A stretch of DNA of 32,000 nucleotides from positions 2,250,001-2,282,000 of the forward strand of contig NZ_LN831024.1 in the NCBI RefSeq assembly GCF_001457615.1, in the 5' to 3' direction. This stretch comes from Pseudomonas aeruginosa (GTDB taxonomy: Bacteria; Pseudomonadota; Gammaproteobacteria; Pseudomonadales; Pseudomonadaceae). Shown here one piece after another: positions 17,467 to 26,430 of the stretch. The position numbers and the translations under genes were made by a program. Below the pieces are notes generated by a model. That model did no database searches. It saw only the letters and a program-made list of their open reading frames with translations, and was not told the origin of the DNA. The first letter of the stretch is position 1. Every line of letters starts with the position of its first letter.

Positions 17467-19469
17467 ACGCGATTCCGCGGGTCGCGCTGGTCTGGCTGCT
17501 GGTGGCGCAGGTACTGGTGATCCTGCCGCACCTGGCCTACATGCCGCTGTGGATCGCGGCCATGTGGCTCGGTTGCGCGGCCTGGCGGGTGCAGGTCTTC
17601 CGCATGCGTGCCGGCTATCCGCGCGCCTGGGTCAAGCTGGCCCTGGCGCTGCTCGCCGGGGCCGGGGTCTGGTTGTCGCGCGGCAGCCTGGTGGGCCTGG
17701 ACGCGGGGGCGGTGCTGCTGATCGCCGCGTTCATCCTCAAGCTGGTGGAAATGAAGACCCGCCGCGATGCGCTGGTACTGGTGTTCCTCGGTTTCTTCGC
17801 AGTGGTGGTGGGCTACCTGTTCGACGACGGTTTCCTCGCCGCGCTGTACAGCCTGCTGCCGGTGACCGCGTTGCTGGCGGCGCTGATCGGCTTGCAGCAG
17901 AGCGCTTTCGCCAGCCGGCCCTGGCCGACCCTGCGGCTGGCCGGCGGGCTGTTGCTGCAGGCGCTGCCGCTGATGCTCCTGCTGTTCCTGTTCTTCCCCC
18001 GCCTGGGGCCGCTGTGGTCGTTGCCGATGCCCGGCAACAAGGGGGTCACCGGACTCTCGGAGAGCATGGCGCCAGGGGATATCGCCGAGCTTGGGCGCTC
18101 CGCCGAACTGGCGTTCCGGGTCCGCTTCGAGGGCGCACCGCCGCCGCGCGAGCAGCTCTACTGGCGCGCCTTGACCATGGAGCGTTTCGACGGACGACGT
18201 TGGGCTCAGGCGCCGCAATGGTCGGGCGAGGATGCTATGCACTGGCAGAAGCGTGGCCCCGAGCTGCGCTACGACGTGATCATGCAGCCCAGTTCGCAGT
18301 CCTGGCTGTTCGCCCTCGACGTGGCGCAGACCGACCAGACCGACACGCGCCTGATGAGCGATTTCCACCTGCAGCGACGGCAGCCGGTCGAGCAACGTCT
18401 GTTCTACCGAGCCAGTTCCTGGCCACAGGCGCTGCGCGAGTCCAGCATCGATCCGCGCATGCGCTGGCGCAACCTGCAGTTGCCGATGCACGGCAATCCG
18501 CGCGCGCGCGCCCTGGCCGAGCAACTGCGCCAGGCCCATGCGCAACCGCAGGCACTGGTCGCGGCCCTGTTGCAGCGCTTCAACCGCGAGCCTTTCGCCT
18601 ACACCCTGAAACCGCCAGCGACCGGTGCCGACGGGGTGGACGATTTCCTGTTCGACACGCGCAGCGGCTTCTGCGCGCATTACGCCGGGGCGATGGCTTT
18701 CGTCCTGCGCGCCGCGGGCATTCCTGCGCGAGTGGTGGCCGGTTACCAGGGCGGCGAGCTGAATCCGGCGGGCAACTACCTGCTGGTGCATCAGTTCGAC
18801 GCCCACGCCTGGGTCGAGTATTGGCAGCCGGAGCAGGGCTGGCTGAGCGTCGACCCGACCTACCAGGTGGCGCCCGAACGGATCGAACAGGGGCTGGAGC
18901 AGGCCCTGGCCGGGGACAGCGAGTACCTCGCCGACGCGCCGCTGTCGCCGTTGCGCTACCGTGGCCTGCCCTGGCTCAACGACATGCGTCTGGCCTGGGA
19001 CAGCCTGAACTACGGCTGGCAACGCTGGGTCCTGGCCTACCAGGGTGAGCAGCAGGGCGCCTTCCTGCAGCGCTGGTTCGGCGGGCTCGATCCGACCCGA
19101 CTGGGCCTGTTGCTCGGTGCCGCGGCGATATTGTCGGTCGGTCTGCTCGCGCTGTTCCTGCTCAAGCCCTGGCAAGGCCGTGGCGATCTGCGCAGCCGCC
19201 AACTGCGCCGCTTCGAACGCCTGCTGGAGATGCATGGCCTGCGCCGTTCCCCCGGCGAAGGGCTACGCTCCTACGGCGAGCGCGCCGCCCGCGTCCTGCC
19301 GGCGCAGGCGCCAGCCATCGCGGCCTTCGTCGGCGCGTTCGAAGCGCAACGCTATGGACACGGCGGTGCCGATGATCCAGGGTTGCGTCTGCGCGCATTG
19401 CGCCGGGCGCTGCCCTGGCGCCTGGTGCGCACGCCCACGCGGGATGGCCGGGGAGAGGAGCAGGCATGA
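17463..19469 (+). CDS. tgpA: TgpA-type membrane transglutaminase-like protein
   Basis: MNAIPRVALVWLLVAQVLVILPHLAYMPLWIAAMWLG..., N-terminal TM helices, transglutaminase core TRSGFCAHYAGAMAFVLRAAGIPARVVAGYQGGE...FDAHAWVEYW; ATGA overlap upstream. Confidence 0.94.
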   Translation: MNAIPRVALVWLLVAQVLVILPHLAYMPLWIAAMWLGCAAWRVQVFRMRAGYPRAWVKLALALLAGAGVWLSRGSLVGLDAGAVLLIAAFILKLVEMKTRRDALVLVFLGFFAVVVGYLFDDGFLAALYSLLPVTALLAALIGLQQSAFASRPWPTLRLAGGLLLQALPLMLLLFLFFPRLGPLWSLPMPGNKGVTGLSESMAPGDIAELGRSAELAFRVRFEGAPPPREQLYWRALTMERFDGRRWAQAPQWSGEDAMHWQKRGPELRYDVIMQPSSQSWLFALDVAQTDQTDTRLMSDFHLQRRQPVEQRLFYRASSWPQALRESSIDPRMRWRNLQLPMHGNPRARALAEQLRQAHAQPQALVAALLQRFNREPFAYTLKPPATGADGVDDFLFDTRSGFCAHYAGAMAFVLRAAGIPARVVAGYQGGELNPAGNYLLVHQFDAHAWVEYWQPEQGWLSVDPTYQVAPERIEQGLEQALAGDSEYLADAPLSPLRYRGLPWLNDMRLAWDSLNYGWQRWVLAYQGEQQGAFLQRWFGGLDPTRLGLLLGAAAILSVGLLALFLLKPWQGRGDLRSRQLRRFERLLEMHGLRRSPGEGLRSYGERAARVLPAQAPAIAAFVGAFEAQRYGHGGADDPGLRLRALRRALPWRLVRTPTRDGRGEEQA

Positions 19470-20236
19470 CGGGGTTCATCGATGAACTGCTGGCTGAGGT
19501 GATCGGCCAGCAGGTGGCGTTGATGTCGGCGGTCGCCCGCCTGGAGGCGCGCACGGATGGCGAGGCACTGCACGACCTGCGCATCGCCCTGCGCCGTCTG
19601 CGCAGCCTGCTGCGGCCGATCCGCGGAGTCCCCGGCGTCGAGGAGCTGGAGCATGCCGCCGCCGAGGTCGGGCGGCTCAGCGGGCCGATCCGCGACCTGG
19701 AGGTGCTGCTGCCGGCGCTCGCCGCCGAAGGGCTGCGGGATGCGCTGGCGGTGCGCCGGCCGGTGCTGGAGTCCGGCTACGTGGCGGTTCTCGCCAGCCA
19801 GCCGCTGCACCGCCTGCAGCTTTGCCTGGACGTCTGGCCGGCCCTGTTGCGTACGGCCCAGCGGCATGCCGTGCTGGATGGCCTGCACGGCCGGGTGCGC
19901 AAGCGCCTGCGCCGGCAATGGAAGACCCTGCGCGCCGAGCTGGCGGACACCACCTACGAGCACTGGCACCCGCTACGGCTGCGGATCAAGCGCGTGCGCT
20001 ACGGGCTGGAGGCCTATCCGCACGATTGCAGCATTCCCGGCTCGCTGCTGGCGCCGCTCAAGGCGGCCCAGTCGGCGCTGGGCGATTGGCACGACCTCGA
20101 ACAGTGGCTGTTGCGATGCCAGCGCGAGCCGGACCTGGCGCCCGTGCGCGAGGTCTGGACGGCACGCTTCGAACTGGCCCGGGAGCGTGCCGGACGGGCC
20201 CTGTCGACATTGCAGCAGGCGCTTGCCGGGCACTGA
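19466..20236 (+). CDS. CHAD domain protein
   Basis: 256 aa, EALHDLRIALRRLRSLLRPIRG...LRLRIKRVRYGLEAY; conserved His/basic pattern; ATGA overlap with tgpA. Confidence 0.88.
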   Translation: MTGFIDELLAEVIGQQVALMSAVARLEARTDGEALHDLRIALRRLRSLLRPIRGVPGVEELEHAAAEVGRLSGPIRDLEVLLPALAAEGLRDALAVRRPVLESGYVAVLASQPLHRLQLCLDVWPALLRTAQRHAVLDGLHGRVRKRLRRQWKTLRAELADTTYEHWHPLRLRIKRVRYGLEAYPHDCSIPGSLLAPLKAAQSALGDWHDLEQWLLRCQREPDLAPVREVWTARFELARERAGRALSTLQQALAGH

Positions 20237-20316
20237 GGCCGCCGGTATTCCGATCGGCTTTTTCCCAAGGATCGCCTCGCCTAAGATGGGCCCTCGAATC
20301 CCCTCGCGAGGCACAC

Positions 20317-21114
20317 ATGAATTTTTCCGAATTGATCCAGGCGGTCCGCCGCGACCCTTCCTCGGTGGTAGTACCGGCCAGTTGGGGCCAGGGCCGCGCC
20401 ACCTTCGGTGGCCTGGTGGTGGCGTTGGCCTACGAGGCCATGCTTGCGGTGGTCGAGGCGGGGCGTCCGTTGCGCTCCATCGGCGTCAGCTTCGTCGGAC
20501 CGCTGGCCCCCGAGCAGCCGGCGAGCTTCAGCGCCCGGTTGTTGCGCGAGGGCAAGGCGGTGAGCCAGGTACAGGTCGAGGTCCGTCAGGGCGAGCAGGT
20601 GGTGACGCTGGTCCAGGCCAGTTTCGGCGTCGCCCGCGCGTCGGCGGTGGCGGTGGAAGCGTTGCCGGCGGCCGGGATGAAGGGCCCCGAAGAGAGCCAG
20701 GAGCTGCCCTATATCCGTAACGTGACCCCGGAGTTCACTCGCTACATCGCCATGCGCTGGGCAGTGGGCGGCCTGCCGTTCTCTTCGAACAAGTCGCGCC
20801 AGATGGGCGGCTGGATGCGTTTCCGCGACGAACCCGAGGGAGAGCCCATGGAGGTTTCCCACCTGCTGGCGCTGCTCGACTCCTGGCCGCCGGCGCTGTT
20901 GCCGCACCTGGGCACCCCGGCGATGGCCAGCTCGCTGACCTGGACCGCCGAGTTCCTCCAGCCGCTGCCGCAGCAGGGCAGCGGCGACTGGTGCCGTTAC
21001 CTGGCGGAGATCGAGGAGGCGCGCGACGGCTACGGCCACGTGGCGGCGCGGATGTGGAGCGCCGACGGCCAGTTGCTGGCGATCAGCCGGCAGATGGTCA
21101 CGGTGTTCGGCTGA
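20317..21114 (+). CDS. Acyl-CoA thioesterase (hotdog-fold)-like protein
   Basis: MNFSELIQAVRRDPSSVVVPASWGQGRATFGGLVVALAYEAMLAVVEAGRPLRSIGVSFVGPLAPEQPASFSARLLREGKAVSQVQVEV; start at ATG 20317. Confidence 0.82.
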   Translation: MNFSELIQAVRRDPSSVVVPASWGQGRATFGGLVVALAYEAMLAVVEAGRPLRSIGVSFVGPLAPEQPASFSARLLREGKAVSQVQVEVRQGEQVVTLVQASFGVARASAVAVEALPAAGMKGPEESQELPYIRNVTPEFTRYIAMRWAVGGLPFSSNKSRQMGGWMRFRDEPEGEPMEVSHLLALLDSWPPALLPHLGTPAMASSLTWTAEFLQPLPQQGSGDWCRYLAEIEEARDGYGHVAARMWSADGQLLAISRQMVTVFG

Positions 21115-21122
21115 GGCGCATG

Positions 21123-22700
21123 TCAGGCGGGCGCGTACTCGGTGCGGTTGCGCCCGCCGCTCTTGGCCTGGTAGAGCGCGCTGTCGGCGCGCACCAGCAG
21201 GCTTTCCAGGTCGTCCCCGGCGTCCCTGCGCAGGGCGACGCCGATGCTCACGGTCATCCGCAGCGGTTCGCCGTCGGGATTGTTCACCCGTAGCGCCTCG
21301 ACGCCGGCGCGCAGCCGTTCGGCGACGTCCAGCGCCTGGTCCAGGCTGACCTCTGGAAGCAGCGCGGCGAATTCCTCGCCGCCCAGGCGACCGAGCAGGT
21401 CCACCTCGCGCAGGCCCTGGCGCAGGGTCTCGGCGACACGTTGCAGGGCGCGGTCGCCGGTCAGGTGGCCGTGGCTGTCGTTGATGTTCTTGAAGTGGTC
21501 GATGTCCAGCATCAGCGCCACGCAGGGGTGGCGGAAGCGTTCGGCGGCCTTGAGCATGAGTTCCGCCTGGTGCAGGAACGAGTGGCGGTTGTGCAGGCCG
21601 GTCAGGGTATCGGTGCTGGCCAGCAGGCGCAGTTCCTGCTCCATGGCCTTGCGCCGGCTGATGTCGTAGCACCAGATCAGGGTCGCCGGCTCGCCGTCGA
21701 TTTCCAGGTGGCGCGCGCAGATCACCGCCCAGCAAGGCGTTTCCCCGCATAGCTGGGCTTCCCAGCCATCCACCTGGCCGCGCGCCTCCAGGGCGTTCTG
21801 CAGGCGGCTGTATTCGCTGGTGCTGGCGAACAGCCGGGGCAGGTTGAAGTCGTCCTGGGCCTGGCAACCCAGGCGCTTGAGCAGGCGTGGGCTGACGTAA
21901 TGGATGCTGGCGCCGCAGGCGCTGAGCAGGACCACGTCGCTCGGGCTGGCCTCGAGGATGAAATGCAGCAGCGCCTTGCCTTCGCTGAGCTGGCGGGTGC
22001 GCTCGCCGACGCGTTTCTCCAGGGTGGCGTTAAGCTCGATCAGATGCCCGGCCAGTTGCTGTGCGCGTTTGAAGTCGGTGACCAGGCGCAGCACCAGCAG
22101 GGCACCGCCGGCACCGATCCCGAGCAGGGCCCAGAACAACGCGTAGAACGCCCGGTGCAGGCGCTTGCGGTCGACGTCCAACTGGTTGGTCAGGGCGATG
22201 TTGCTGGCGACGACGATCTGGTGGGTCGGTTCGAGCAAGGGCGGAACCTGCTGGACGATCTCCGCGGCCAGGCGGCGCGCGGCGACGGGATCGCCCCAGG
22301 GGGCCTGGTTCGACCAGCGATCGCTGAGCTCGATCAGGCGTTGCAGGGTGGCCTGTACCTCCGGACGCGGTTCGGCGAGATGCCTGAACAACGACTGGCG
22401 GCGCAGCGGCGCGATCAGGCTGGCGAGGACTTCGAGACGGATCGCCAGGTCGTCGGCTTGGCCTTCGCCGCTCTCGGTGTGCCGCGCGGCGTCCAGCGTG
22501 CGATCCAGTTCGGCGCGCAGCGAGTAGGTCTGCCACAGCTCGTTGTGCAGGTTCGGCTGGGCCAGTTGCTGGGCCTGGCGCACCGCCAGCCACAGCGCAG
22601 CCCCGGCGATCAGCGCCATGAGCAGCACCAGGCCGAGCAACAGCCCCATGATCTGGCGTTGCCGGCGCAGCTTTGTCGGATCGAGCAGCGGCACAGTCAT
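21123..22700 (-). CDS. Membrane-anchored PAS/GGDEF diguanylate cyclase
   Basis: 525 aa; N-terminal TM, periplasmic-length helical region, second TM, PAS-like region, STDTLTGLHNRHSF...REVDLLGRLGGEEFAALLPE (GGEEF with upstream RxxD I-site). Confidence 0.93.
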   Translation of the reverse strand: MTVPLLDPTKLRRQRQIMGLLLGLVLLMALIAGAALWLAVRQAQQLAQPNLHNELWQTYSLRAELDRTLDAARHTESGEGQADDLAIRLEVLASLIAPLRRQSLFRHLAEPRPEVQATLQRLIELSDRWSNQAPWGDPVAARRLAAEIVQQVPPLLEPTHQIVVASNIALTNQLDVDRKRLHRAFYALFWALLGIGAGGALLVLRLVTDFKRAQQLAGHLIELNATLEKRVGERTRQLSEGKALLHFILEASPSDVVLLSACGASIHYVSPRLLKRLGCQAQDDFNLPRLFASTSEYSRLQNALEARGQVDGWEAQLCGETPCWAVICARHLEIDGEPATLIWCYDISRRKAMEQELRLLASTDTLTGLHNRHSFLHQAELMLKAAERFRHPCVALMLDIDHFKNINDSHGHLTGDRALQRVAETLRQGLREVDLLGRLGGEEFAALLPEVSLDQALDVAERLRAGVEALRVNNPDGEPLRMTVSIGVALRRDAGDDLESLLVRADSALYQAKSGGRNRTEYAPA

Positions 22701-22709
22701 GTCCGTTAC

Positions 22710-23198
22710 TTACTCAAGAGTGATGGAGCTGACCTGCCAGACGGTACGGTTGTAGTAGACCTGGTTTCTCAACTCAGGATAGCGGGCCATCGGGTAGATG
22801 ATGAAAAGCGGTCCGCGTTCGCGGATCGCCATGTAGGCGCCGTTGCGGCGATAGGCGAGGATGGGCTGGTAGCTGTCGAGGTCGCTGTACGGGATGATCG
22901 CCGAGTAGTCGTTCAGCGCCAGCACGCGCAGGCGCGTGGGCGGCGCCAGGTCCAGGTGGCGCAGCAACAGGCTGAGGCGCACGCCTTGCCAGCGGGCGTT
23001 GGCCTCGCCGGGGAGCTGGGCTTCCAGGGTCTCGCTGGGCAGGGCTTCGAGGTCGGACAGGGTCAGCCGTACGGGAGCGTCGCCGGACCGCTGCAGGGTG
23101 ACGATCGGACGTCCGCCCAGCGGCACGGGCTCCGCGGCCTGGGCAAGAGGCAGCCCCAGGCAACAGAGAAAGACGATTAATTGACGCGTTGACGGCAT
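22710..23198 (-). CDS. Exported small protein with molybdopterin-oxidoreductase (SUOX)-like fold
   Basis: 162 aa with signal peptide MPSTRQLIVFLCCLGLPLAQAAEP, then WQGVRLSLLLRHLDLAPPTRLRVLALNDYSAIIPYSDLDSYQPILAYRRNG; ends 9 nt before the diguanylate cyclase start. Confidence 0.75.
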   Translation of the reverse strand: MPSTRQLIVFLCCLGLPLAQAAEPVPLGGRPIVTLQRSGDAPVRLTLSDLEALPSETLEAQLPGEANARWQGVRLSLLLRHLDLAPPTRLRVLALNDYSAIIPYSDLDSYQPILAYRRNGAYMAIRERGPLFIIYPMARYPELRNQVYYNRTVWQVSSITLE

Positions 23199-23284
23199 GT
23201 TGTCGGTCCACGACAGGATTCCGTCGATTATATCGGCAGCGTCGCGCTAAAACTGAAGGGCTGTGCAAAATCCCGGACGAACTG

Positions 23285-23644
23285 TCACTTATGCCGTTCG
23301 CGCCAAGCCCGCCACCAGGTGCCGCTGAGGACGAAGCGGGGGAAGGTGACGAACTGCTCGACGAGCAGGCGACTGACAGCGTCGCGCCGATCGCTGAATG
23401 GCTCGGGTGCCTGTTCCTCCAGCGCGTGTCCCTTGGCCTGGATCGCCAGGCCGGCGCCGATGCCGATGACACCGAGCACCACCTGCAGCAGGTCCAGGCC
23501 GAACAGGCCGCCGAGCAGCAGGATCGCAGCGACGATGAACAGCGGCACGGCGATCAGGTGCAGGACCAGGTTGGTCGGGTTGCGGTGGTTGGCGGCATAG
23601 CCGCGCCATTGCCAGGCGAGCAGGTTGGGATGACGTTTGCCCAT
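23285..23644 (-). CDS. DUF962 / Mpo1-like membrane protein
   Basis: 119 aa, MGKRHPNLLAWQWRGYAANHRNPTNLVLHLIAVPLFIVAAILLLGG...IQAKGHALEEQAPEPFSDRRDAVSR. Confidence 0.85.
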   Translation of the reverse strand: MGKRHPNLLAWQWRGYAANHRNPTNLVLHLIAVPLFIVAAILLLGGLFGLDLLQVVLGVIGIGAGLAIQAKGHALEEQAPEPFSDRRDAVSRLLVEQFVTFPRFVLSGTWWRAWRERHK

Positions 23645-23732
23645 GTTCTCGGTACTCCGTGACGGCGACCCGCGGGGCGGATCCTTGCATGTCGTCGAGT
23701 CTAGGCGGGGTGCGGCAGCGCGGCGAATGATT

Positions 23733-23757
23733 CCTGCCTATCCGGGCGATAGGCAGG
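23733..23757 (-). terminator. Perfect 10-5-10 hairpin just downstream of the chemoreceptor gene; probable transcript end, but without a clear U-run
   Basis: CCTGCCTATC-CGGGC-GATAGGCAGG, 13 nt past the stop codon on the minus strand. Confidence 0.55.
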
Positions 23758-23769
23758 TGCGCCTGCGGA

Positions 23770-25242
23770 TCAGAGGCGTAGCTGGCCGATGGCGCGGGTC
23801 AGATCGCCCGCCAGGTCGACCAGTTGCTGACTGGTGGCCGCCGACTCGACGGTCTGCTGCACGGTGAGTTCGGTGACGTCGCGGATGCCCACCACCGAAC
23901 GGGTCATCTCTTCCGCGACCTGGCTCTGCTGTTCCGCGGCGACGGCGATCTGCGTGTTGCTTTCACGCATCTGCGCCACCGCGTTGGCGATCGCCGCCAG
24001 CGCCTCGCCGGCGTCGCCGGCCTGGCTGACGCAACCGTCGGCCTTGAGCGAGCTTTCCTGCATGAACTCCACGGCGTCGCGGGTACCCGACTGCAGGGCG
24101 AGGATCATCTGGGTGATCTCGTCGGTGGAGTCCTGCACGCGACGGGCGAGGTTGCGCACCTCATCGGCCACCACGGCGAAGCCGCGGCCCATTTCCCCGG
24201 CCCGCGCGGCCTCGATGGCGGCGTTGAGGGCAAGCAGGTTGGTCTGTTCGGCGATGCCGTGGATCACGTTGACCACGCCGCTGATCTTCTGGCTGTCCTC
24301 GGCCAGCTTCTGGATCATCTCGGCGGTGTCCTGGACGCCCTGGGACAACCCGGCGATCGACGCGCTGACCCGGCTCACCGCCTGCTGGCCGGCGCCGGCC
24401 AGGCGGTCGGCTTCCTGCGACTGGTCACGGGTGTCGGCGGCGTGCTGGGCGATATGGAAGACCGTGGTGGACATCTCGTTGATCGCGGTGGCGGTCTGGT
24501 CGGTCTCGCTCTGCTGGCCGAGCATGCCCTGGCGTACCTGGCCCATGCTGCGGGCCAGCGCCTGGGCGCCTTCGTCGAGCTTGGTAGCGGCCGCGGCGAC
24601 GGTGCCGACGATGCGCTGGTAGCCGGCCTGCATGGCGTTGAAGGCACTGGCCATCTGGCCGACTTCGTCGCGTCCCTGCAGCGGTACGCGAGCGGACAGG
24701 TCGCCGCTCTTCTCGACGTGCAGCATCACGTCCTTGAGGGTATGCAGGTGGGTGAGGATGAAGCGGATCAGCAGTTGCGAGGCCGCCAGCAGCGCCAGCA
24801 TCAGCACCAGCACGGCGACGGCGTAGGCGCCGGCCCGGTCGGCGAAGACCTGCCACAGGTCGCTGGCCGGGGCGAGCACGGCGAAGCGCTGGCCGGAGCC
24901 GGTCTGGCCGACCCAGGCGCCGAGCAGCGGGGTATCGCCCTGGCGCGCGCCGGACAACTCGATCCAACCCTGCCCCTTGCCCAGCGCCTGGGCAGCGGTG
25001 CCGCCCAGGCTCGCGGCCTGTTCCAGCGGCAGCAGGTTGCTGCGGGCGGGTAGGGCGCTGCCGGCTGGCCAGCTCTGAACCAGCTCGCCCTCGGCGGCGG
25101 CGGCGCGCTGGGCGGAAGCGTTGCGCCCGGCGGCTTCCTGCTGCATGGCGAACAACACCAGCAGCAGGGTGGTGAAGAAGGCCACCGCGTTGACGGCCCA
25201 GAACTTGTATTTCAGTGGAATGTCGCTGATCCAGGTGCCCAT
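23770..25242 (-). CDS. Methyl-accepting chemotaxis protein
   Basis: [39 protein letters not shown]..., HAMP region, signalling tip [43 protein letters not shown]. Track start is a TTG at 25266. Confidence 0.95.
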   Translation of the reverse strand: MGTWISDIPLKYKFWAVNAVAFFTTLLLVLFAMQQEAAGRNASAQRAAAAEGELVQSWPAGSALPARSNLLPLEQAASLGGTAAQALGKGQGWIELSGARQGDTPLLGAWVGQTGSGQRFAVLAPASDLWQVFADRAGAYAVAVLVLMLALLAASQLLIRFILTHLHTLKDVMLHVEKSGDLSARVPLQGRDEVGQMASAFNAMQAGYQRIVGTVAAAATKLDEGAQALARSMGQVRQGMLGQQSETDQTATAINEMSTTVFHIAQHAADTRDQSQEADRLAGAGQQAVSRVSASIAGLSQGVQDTAEMIQKLAEDSQKISGVVNVIHGIAEQTNLLALNAAIEAARAGEMGRGFAVVADEVRNLARRVQDSTDEITQMILALQSGTRDAVEFMQESSLKADGCVSQAGDAGEALAAIANAVAQMRESNTQIAVAAEQQSQVAEEMTRSVVGIRDVTELTVQQTVESAATSQQLVDLAGDLTRAIGQLRL

Positions 25243-25380
25243 AGGGGGATTTCTTCTTATCGGCAAGATAATGGCAAGGCGCCATTATCTTGAAAGCTGA
25301 GTAAGGGGCAATCGTTGATGCGGGTCAACGAGACCGTTCGTCAGCTTAGCGGCCGATCCGCCGGGAGCTTGAGGGCGATC

Positions 25381-26184
25381 TCAGTCGATCGTCGGCAGGC
25401 CGAAGAACGCCCGCGCCGCGGCGCTGGTGTGAGCGGCCAGGCGCTCCGCGCTCTCGCCGCGATGGCGGGCCACGCAGTCGAGCACCTCGACCAGGTAGGC
25501 CGGCTCGTTGCGCCCGTTCTTCGGCTTCGGCCGCAGGCTGCGCGGCAGCAGGTAGGGCGCGTCGCTTTCCAGCATGAGACGGCCGACCGGGATCTCGCCT
25601 ACCAGATCATGCAGGTGGGTGCCGCGGCGCTCGTCGTTGATCCAGCCGGTGATGCCGATGTGCAGGTCGAGGTCGAGGTAGCCATACAGCGCCCGGCGCT
25701 CGCCGGTGAAACAATGTACGACGGCGGCCGGCAGGCGATCGCGGAAGTCGCGCAGGATCGCCAGCAGGCGCTCGCTGGCGTCGCGTTCGTGGAGGAACAC
25801 CGGACGCTGTAGCTCGACGGCCAGTGCCAGTTGTTCCTCGAGGGCCTTTTCCTGGGCCGGACGGGGAGAGAAGTCGCGATTGAAGTCGAGGCCGCATTCG
25901 CCCACCGCGCGTACCCGCGGGTCGTCGAACAGGGCGCGCAGGCCGCGAGCGGTGTCGGCGTTCCAGTGGCTGGCCTCGTGGGGGTGGACGCCGGCGGTGG
26001 TAAACAGCCGGCCGCCCTCGTCGAGTTCGCCGCAGAGCTGCAGCGCCTGTTCGCTGTCGGCCAGGCTGGTGCCGGTGATGACCATCTGCACCACCCCGGC
26101 GGCGCGCGCGCGGGCGAGCAGTGCTTCACGTTCCGGGGCGAAGCTGGCGTGGGTCAGATTGACGCCGATATCGATGAGTTGCAT
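25381..26184 (-). CDS. tatD: TatD-family DNase/metal-dependent hydrolase
   Basis: 267 aa, [15 protein letters not shown]...GVHPHEA...[28 protein letters not shown]...HCFTG...[10 protein letters not shown]. Confidence 0.94.
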   Translation of the reverse strand: MQLIDIGVNLTHASFAPEREALLARARAAGVVQMVITGTSLADSEQALQLCGELDEGGRLFTTAGVHPHEASHWNADTARGLRALFDDPRVRAVGECGLDFNRDFSPRPAQEKALEEQLALAVELQRPVFLHERDASERLLAILRDFRDRLPAAVVHCFTGERRALYGYLDLDLHIGITGWINDERRGTHLHDLVGEIPVGRLMLESDAPYLLPRSLRPKPKNGRNEPAYLVEVLDCVARHRGESAERLAAHTSAAARAFFGLPTID

Positions 26185-26430
26185 GGTGCCTTCCTGGAAT
26201 TCGCAGCGAGGCGGCGCCCCCTCGATCGCGCCGGACCCGCCGGGAGATGGGTGGCAAACCGCTTGTAGAACAATCCGTTATAATCGCAGATCGGGTTCTT
26301 CGGCGCCCGGATTATCTACCCAATGCCTCCGTTTGCAGCCGCTGTCGGAGAGGAACTTGCCAAGACTGCCATGCTCTGATTGATCCGGTCCCCCGGAGAG
26401 GGACATCGAGCCTGGCCTCTGGAGACCTGG

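Noticed and set aside
17364-19235. 623-aa minus-strand ORF opposite tgpA
   Set aside because: Antisense shadow; tgpA reads as a coherent membrane transglutaminase.
23824-25053. 409-aa plus-strand ORF opposite the chemoreceptor
   Set aside because: Antisense shadow of a well-defined MCP.
26250-26430. Possible tRNA or other structured RNA in the tatD/transglycosylase intergenic region
   Set aside because: No cloverleaf or recognisable RNA family found by eye; kept only as a low-interest leader observation.
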